DNA of 64,000 nucleotides from Octopus sinensis (lineage: Eukaryota): the NCBI RefSeq assembly GCF_006345805.1, contig NC_043015.1, positions 32,674,001 to 32,738,000 of the forward strand, read 5' to 3'. The first letter of the stretch is position 1; each line of letters begins with the position of its first letter. The notes under the pieces are model-generated. The model did not search any database. It was not told the origin of the DNA and saw only the letters and a list, made by a program, of their open reading frames with translations. Below, one piece after another: positions 56,370 to 64,000 of this stretch. A program made the translations under genes and the position numbers.

Positions 56370-56471
56370 CACCTGATGAGACACATCTACACCGCTGGAT
56401 GCCCCTGAACCAGTTGTTAAGTATCCCAACCGTGAGGGATCGATGCTAGGTGAGTTGAAACAATTGTCGTG
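56370..56471 (+). ncRNA. Type-I hammerhead-like motif with canonical core and a large loop 2 (Penelope-like fragment ~56270-56520)
   Basis: CAC-CTGATGA-GACACA[65 nt]TGAGTT-GAA-ACAATTGT-C-GTG; palindromic helix III, GUC triplet, followed by AATAAA. Confidence 0.6.
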
Positions 56472-56517
56472 TTTAATAATAAAAGTTTTCTTATATTCCA
56501 TCTTCCGCTTTCATTCA

Positions 56518-56585
<68 letters not shown>

Positions 56586-57815
56586 TATGTATGTATGTAT
56601 GTATGTATGTATGTATGTATATCTATATATATAGATATATATGTGTGGTGTGTGTAGATATATATATACACACGCAATATATATATATATACATACATAC
56701 AAATATTACATTATATTCGTGTGTAAGTATGTGTATGTGGGAGTATGTATACGGACAAGAAAAGTATAGATTGGAAGCAAGCAATGATAAAGAGTGCATG
56801 TAGCAGGATTTGTCTATTTAATTGTCTAGAAGGTGTCAGTACATTTTCTTTTCTATGCTGAACAAGTGCTTGCCTTAAAATAGAAGAAATTTTAAATATT
56901 TCTCATATTTACACGCACCTAAAAATACTTCATTTTATCGCCAGATAATTGATCAATATATATATATATATATATATATCACAGAAATATTGTATTACCG
57001 TCTTCTAGTTGATTAAATCGATAAATTCCAGCATATTGTTTATATTTGTTCCTTAGCTTTATCTGTCTCCCAAATAAAAGGAAAAAGCTAAACATTTCTT
57101 TAAAATCTATATCGCCTATGGCCAAATTATGTAGAAATATCGATAGGTTTAAAATATATATGATTTATTTTCAATGTAATGTACAGTAATCTTTATGTTC
57201 TTAAAGTATTCTTCGATTCACATTCGAAAATACGGTACATCTTAATACATTCTAGCAACAGAAAAGAAGATGTTATTACAATTATGTCTTGCCGGGACGA
57301 AGAGAGAATAATTGGTTTCTCAGCACAGGTAAAAATAAACTTAGATCTACGGCAGAATAAACATCTACGAATTTGTTTAGAGCATCTTGTGTCTTGTCTC
57401 TGGATGTTGACATGCCTTTAGACGTGTGCTTTCCGTATATATCTTAATGAAATTTTCATCAAATCCCTTTCAGATAGTGTAAATTCTGATTATTTAGGAA
57501 ATTTGCTGGGAAAATGTTTTTAGTGATGGAGCAGACGAGTTTCGGATAATTCACAAGCGTGGACTTTGTTTCCTCATAACGTTCAAATAAATGAATATTT
57601 TTTTTCACTAAATTTTCTACAAATATATTTCAGATGATGTAAATTACATTTATATAGAAACTTAATGCATAAAATGGCAGGCGCACACACGACACGTGTT
57701 TAAAAGAGATGCCGTTAAAATAAGTGATTATCTAAGCAAGTGTTGTTTAGATGTCATTCACGCATCAGTTAACTGTATAACCGCTAAATATCAAATTACA
57801 ATAAAAGAAAGAAAT

Positions 57816-57870
<55 letters not shown>

Positions 57871-59226
57871 GAATCTATCAGTCAGAGAGAAAAGAAAAAG
57901 AGGAAAGGAATGGAAAAAGTACCTGTGATATTACGTATATTGAAAATTAAAATAAAAATTAGAATAAGAATGAGAATGTATGGAAGTCAATGTCTAAATA
58001 TATAATGTGGAATTGGAAGAGGATAAAACAAGGGAAAAGTTTATGGAAAACAGATTTAAAAGTAGGCAAAAAAAAAAAAGGAATATTTTGAAAAATATCG
58101 TTAAATGCCATAAAGCGGGAATAATGAGTGTACAGGTTAACCATTTAATCCCTTTTTATGGCATTCAAATTGAAATAAATTGAAAATATCAAAATACATT
58201 ATTTAAATTTTCCAATGAAAGAAAACGGTTTATGGGTGGAAAAGATGGTGGCGTATGACCGGATTGCACAAAGAATTGAAAGGGGCTAATCGTTGCGGGG
58301 ACAGAGAATTACAAAGGTAACATTTGGAAGTATACACATTCTAAAAGGCTCTGTTTTGGGAAAGTGGTCAGGCTCGATTCAGATGTACCTGAACAAACTT
58401 GTTGAAAATTTCTAGATACCTGAATAAATTGATATACTAGTAAAAGCGTAACTTGAGATTGTTTTCAATTTATCCAGAGTAAGATCTGAATTCAGGGCTA
58501 TTGTCTATCTTTGCATAATGACCCAAACTATTATAGCATATAAACATGGTTCCTATTATTTAAAATATGAGAAACTCTGATAATATAAAGTACTCAGTCC
58601 ATGTAGCTGTAAGTAAGTGCCATGGTTAATATAGTGAACCGTCAAAAGTAAAGTTCAGCCAGCTACAAGTAGTTAGTCGTCTCAACATAGCACAATTCCC
58701 TGTACTGTCGGCATTGAATTGACATAAAAGTTGGAATGAATAGTCACCGGCTAGTAGGCTTGAGTAAGGCTCACTAGCTTAATAAGAAAATCTGCAATAG
58801 ACCAATAGCATAACCAGGAAATCTATTTCTCTATAATCAAATAATCACAGACTGTACGAATCTTCGTGGTGCAAAACAAAAAAAAAATTATCTATACATA
58901 GATATATATTATATGTACACACACATACATATGCATGGACATACACACTCAGACACACAATATTCACATATTTGTATTATTTTGAGGGGGAAATCCACGA
59001 AGTGCTTATAACTGTGGCTGTCAACCGGCTTCTTTCGTATTACTTTCAAATTTTATGCGTCTGAAGTTAGTAGCCTTGATCATCAATGAGACTGAAGTTA
59101 ATAAATATTTCGAAATCACTCCGAGCAAATCTCAACCTCACAAAACCTCTAGGCGTGAGGAAATATTCCGTTTTACAAACACACAATATCATATATATAT
59201 ATATATATATATATAATCATATAATA

Positions 59227-59348
59227 GCAGCAAGTATATCCGAGGTATGTGGTACGACGTTTCATGCTACTTCATTTTATTAAACACTGTAAGTATTACG
59301 AAGTAGCATGAAACGATCGTACCACATTACCTCGGACATACTTGTTGC
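59227..59348. repeat. Imperfect inverted repeat (~48-bp arms, ~26-nt spacer)
   Basis: GCAGCAAGTATATCCGAGGTATGTGGTACGACGTTTCATGCTACTTC versus the reverse complement of 59300-59348: two substitutions and two indels. Confidence 0.85.
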
Positions 59349-59960
59349 GTATTTTGATTGTAATCACCCCATGGATTTATATGGATAATTGCATACAAAA
59401 TTCTGGTGCCTTTGACTTAAGTACCATATTCATCTGAATCTAAATTTTGCTGAACTTATATATATTATATATATATATATATATACACGCACACATGCAC
59501 GCACACTCACACACACACACATATACATGTCTATGTAGGTAAACACATGTGCGTATTCCTGTTTGTGCGAGTGTATATGTAGGGAGACTCTGTATATAGA
59601 TCATACTGTATGCCACTAAGAAACATCGACGCAAAAACACTGATAAACATTTAAGGGGGAAAAAAACATGAATTACTGGTAAAATAGGTAAATATGAAAT
59701 GTCACTTACTAATAGGTTCATGGCAATAATGTTGACATTGTTGGTGATGAGATCTCATACAGCTTGGCATCCTCATCTTGGTAAGAGAAACAGAAAGTAA
59801 AAAGGTTAGGGTCCATGTGAATTGATACTGTCAAAAACACACACATACAAACATGAATATATAAAAGTTCGCATTACGCAGAACTTATGTAAATGCATAT
59901 ATCTGTGTGTGTGTGTTCGTATGCACACACACATATATGTAACAAATGTATATCTACATA

Positions 59961-60025
<65 letters not shown>

Positions 60026-60378
60026 ATATATATAATATATATATGCATATATATGCATATAAATTACAAATATCATTGCTGTTGCTGTTGCTGCTGTTAT
60101 TATTATTATACACATGCATAAGCTTGAGGTCCCATAACAAACAGATTTTCCAAGAGAGATTATCATTTCTTCTTAATATTTGGTGGAATTAAATCTTTGA
60201 AATTGACTTTTGAAGAAATAAGGAAAAAGATGTGATGAACTCACCACTCAGTGGTAGATATATACATCACTATTTCATTCTTTTTAGAAATTGTCAGCAT
60301 GATATGATCCGAGGTTTATTAATCAAACACTATAACACTATAAATGCTGTGTGTGTCTATATATATATATATAATATA

Positions 60379-60579
60379 TATACAATATGTTACATTACTC
60401 GGTAGTCAAGATAAAACTCTGAGTTCAGATGCCGAAGTGGAAATCCAACACACCATCTCTTCGGTTATCTGGCTATTTAAATAGCCAGATAACCGAAGAG
60501 ATGGTGTTGTGGATTTCCACTTCGGCATCTGAAACTCAGAGTTTTATCTTGACTACCGAGTAATGTAACATATTGTATA
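60379..60579. repeat. Near-perfect 201-bp palindrome (centre 60478/60479), each arm carrying a hammerhead-like fold
   Basis: Arms of ~100 bp differ by one indel and a local CAA/ACA shift; no spacer; flanked by TA. Confidence 0.92.
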
Positions 60580-60647
60580 GATAAATTTCCTCTATTACAT
60601 AATATTGAGGTCTCTTTCTTTCTTTTGTTTTCTTAACCGTTTTATCA

Positions 60648-60688
<41 letters not shown>

Positions 60689-60856
60689 TATATATATATA
60701 TATATATATGTATGTAGCCAAAATACACACACCACACACACAGAGAGAGAGAGAGGTCGACAGACTTTAGATATGTATATATAATTATTATATGATGTTG
60801 CAATTGTAACGGTTACTAATCGATGCAGCAGAAACATATGTAGGTCTATTTGAAGC

Positions 60857-60894
<38 letters not shown>

Positions 60895-61668
60895 GGAATT
60901 AAAGATAGTGCTAATGCTACTTCGTAATAATCCTTATTATCATTATTATTGATAGATAGATAGATAGATAGATAGTTAGATATACAGATAGAGAGATAAA
61001 CATACAGTCAGATTAGACCGACAGACAGATAGGCAGACAGACAGAGAGACAGACTGACAGACAAACAGACAGACAGACATATAGATAGATAGATAAATAG
61101 ACAGGAATATAGATATGGAGGATGTGTCTTGGGGAGTGAATGTATTATAAGAATATATAGATTATGTTATACATAAGAAAGTATATTACTTATGCATACG
61201 CTTGTGTGTGTGTGTGTGTGTATGTGTGAGTGCGCGTACATATATACATATATATATAGACGTATAGATATATAGTTGCTTTATGCATACTCCCTCCATA
61301 CATGGACATATAGACAATAGATTAAATTGTATTTAATTTTAGTCGAATCGTTGTAACTATGTCCATGGCATGTATATGTCCCTATATACATATATAGCCT
61401 AGCCATACACATTTCTTACTGACATACCCAAACATGCACACAAACATACCAAACATATATACACATATACATATGTATTCATTAATAGATAAATAACCAG
61501 ACACATCTGTGCGTTCGCGCGTAAGTATGCACATGTGATTGTGTGTATTTCACTGTATGCAAATTATTTATGGACATCATTAATAGCATGAATAAATATG
61601 AACACGGATGTGTATATATATATATGTGTGTGTGTATTTGTGTGTCTATTCATGTATGTATGTATGTA

Positions 61669-61738
<70 letters not shown>

Positions 61739-62328
61739 GTAGCTATGTGTGAAGGTAGGTGGGTTTTGAATGCATATGGAGCTAGGTAAGTTTGTCTGGA
61801 TATTGTGTATTAAATTCTGAGTGGCTGATGAATATTTATAAGTACATCTATCAAGAAGACAAGAGCCAGTCGCTGACTGACTGACAACGCTTCCTTACGC
61901 TTCTTTTGTTAAATATCAGACAATAATGCAACCATACAACGATTGAATTTGATTGTGGACGTTGCTGAAATTTCGGTAAATTCTTGAAAATGTTCGTCTT
62001 TCTACTGGAAACTAGTCTAATGGATTGATTTATCACGTGCCTTTAATCACACACATTTATTTATAATTGTATCTATATATACTCATACATATACATACAT
62101 GATACCTTCATACGTAGAATATATGAGCATACTTCTACGTACTGATAATTTGTGGGATAATCTGTTGCGGAATAGTAAAGATATGCAAAACTTTTCCAAA
62201 GTTTAATATAATCTTCACCATTGCTTTACATTAACTCTATTAACGGAAGTTTCGTTCCCTTTTGCGAACCAAATTCTTAGTAAGAATTTAGTAAGAATTT
62301 ATCTAATCTAATAAGAATGTTAGCCTGT

Positions 62329-62331
62329 ATG

Positions 62332-62422
<91 letters not shown>

Positions 62423-62450
62423 GTCTGTCTGTCTGTCTGTCTGTCTGTCG
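62329..62450. repeat. (TATC)n/(TGTC)n microsatellite
   Basis: Visible run. Confidence 0.95.
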
Positions 62451-62595
62451 ATCGATCAATCGATTGATCTATCTATCCGCGGAGTCTGGGAAACCGTCCT
62501 TAAGAGCCTTTTTAGTTAGGAAGGACTTCTCTCTCCCTCTCTTTATCTCTATCTCTGTGCGTGCGCTTGAACATATAGATAGATAAATATACTGT

Positions 62596-62635
<40 letters not shown>

Positions 62636-64000
62636 GAGAGATCAAATTTTATACAAAGTTAGACTATGATATATCTCAAGCCATGTCATAGATTGCAGCG
62701 CGCTCTGTTTTGGTATTCCAGCAACGCATCATTAAAGAAATTCTTCGGCTATCAACTACCCAAAATAGACAATTTATTTTACAAACAAGTAAGGAATCTT
62801 CAAGACTTCCAGGTTACGGTATATGCATCCCACATCAAACTATCTGAATTTTCCCCATCTCAAAAGACATTTTACTAAGTGATTTATAAGTATTGTGTAT
62901 AGTTCGATCTGCATTCCAGATACCTTGGCAAAAACACAGACGTGTACATTCGAACGTGGAAAGACCTTTCGCTGCGGAAAGTTTACCTGAAAAATTGTCC
63001 ACATAAACAATATGTATGCGTGTGTGTGTGTGTGTGCGTGTACGCGTGTGTGTCTGGTTGTGTGTATGTCTGTCTGTGTGTATGCATATATATTATAAAT
63101 ACATACAGTTTGCAATAGTAAGATGTAATTCACGAATACTGAATACGTCTTCACGAAGAATTACATTTATATAGATATGTATATGCATACAGAGGAAAGC
63201 GTGTGTTTCTGTGGAAAGATAAGAAAAAAGAGAATGAAGAAAAAAAATGGATCCTAGGAAAGAAAAACGAAAGAAGCAAAGAAAGGGAGAACTAGAAAGA
63301 AATAAGAGAATAAGAAATTTTAGATCTTATTTGCAGAAATACATCAAAGTGAACCACGTAGATCATGTTGAATTATATGTCAAATCAGCAAAAAGAAACA
63401 AGCAGAGAAAAACAGCGGCCTTTGAAAGGGTGACAGTAGAAGCAATGATAGGAACTGAGTGTATATATATATACATATAATTACATATATCTATTATATA
63501 TGTACATGTCTCACTCGTCTCTTACTGTATATATATATATATATAATTAGATATATATAATATATATATATAATATATATATATATAGTGTGTGTGGGTG
63601 TGTGTGTGTGTGTTATATAAATGATGATCATGATTAATTATCAACGTACGAAAAAATGGCGTAGTTTATCTCGCTTTCATTTTTGTTTATTATAGTCATA
63701 GATAGATTATTATTTTAACAATAAGTTAATGTAATGCCTGTACATGTATGTATGTATGTATGTATATAGATGAGTATGTGTGTGTTGTGTGTATGTGCGT
63801 GTCTATGTGTGTATTTATAGATGAATATATATATATATATATATATACTATATATATATACACTCAATACACACATACATACGCGTGTCTTTCAGACTAT
63901 ATTATATTCAAGTGTATGTAAATAATCATATTCATCTATAAATAACACATAGGCACGCACATACATACACACACACACACACGCAAACACACACACACAC

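Noticed and set aside
57250-57330. Plus-strand exon candidate (NRKEDVITIMSCRDEERIIGFSAQ|GTAAAA)
   Set aside because: Isolated, weak acceptor, no partner exons or recognisable domain.
62455-62470. 16-bp palindrome GATCAATCGATTGATC
   Set aside because: Explained by variant GATC/GATA units at a microsatellite edge.
62915-62990. KHRRVHS..ERPF..CGKF resemblance to a C2H2 zinc-finger linker
   Set aside because: Spacing is wrong, it needs a frameshift, and no tandem fingers are nearby.

Overview
AT-rich, extremely microsatellite-dense eukaryotic DNA, most likely intronic or intergenic. The SINE and LINE families resemble those I recall from octopus (coleoid cephalopod) genomes; this is an inference, not a database result. 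No host protein-coding gene can be confidently named, and most ORF-track entries are translations of simple repeats. Supported content: (1) a ~9 kb compound (CAT)n satellite with higher-order units (20.25-29.34 kb); (2) many tRNA-derived SINEs, one with a 184-bp internal tandem array; (3) an internally deleted mariner with degenerate TIRs; (4) a 5'-truncated R4/Dong-type LINE inside (TAA)n and a Tx1/L1-like 3' end inside (TAGA)n; (5) a non-autonomous Helitron and MITE/foldback elements; (6) a 100-N scaffold gap. The most interesting signal is a set of short elements carrying type-I hammerhead ribozyme folds with palindromic helix III. The cleanest is 42457-42500 on the minus strand; others are at 56370-56471, 12958-12992 and inside a ~200-bp near-perfect palindrome at 60379-60579. 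They suggest several Penelope-like/retrozyme-like families. A candidate promoter (~19.5 kb) and a speculative phase-compatible chain of minus-strand exons (15.5 kb to 2.0 kb) are reported at low confidence.
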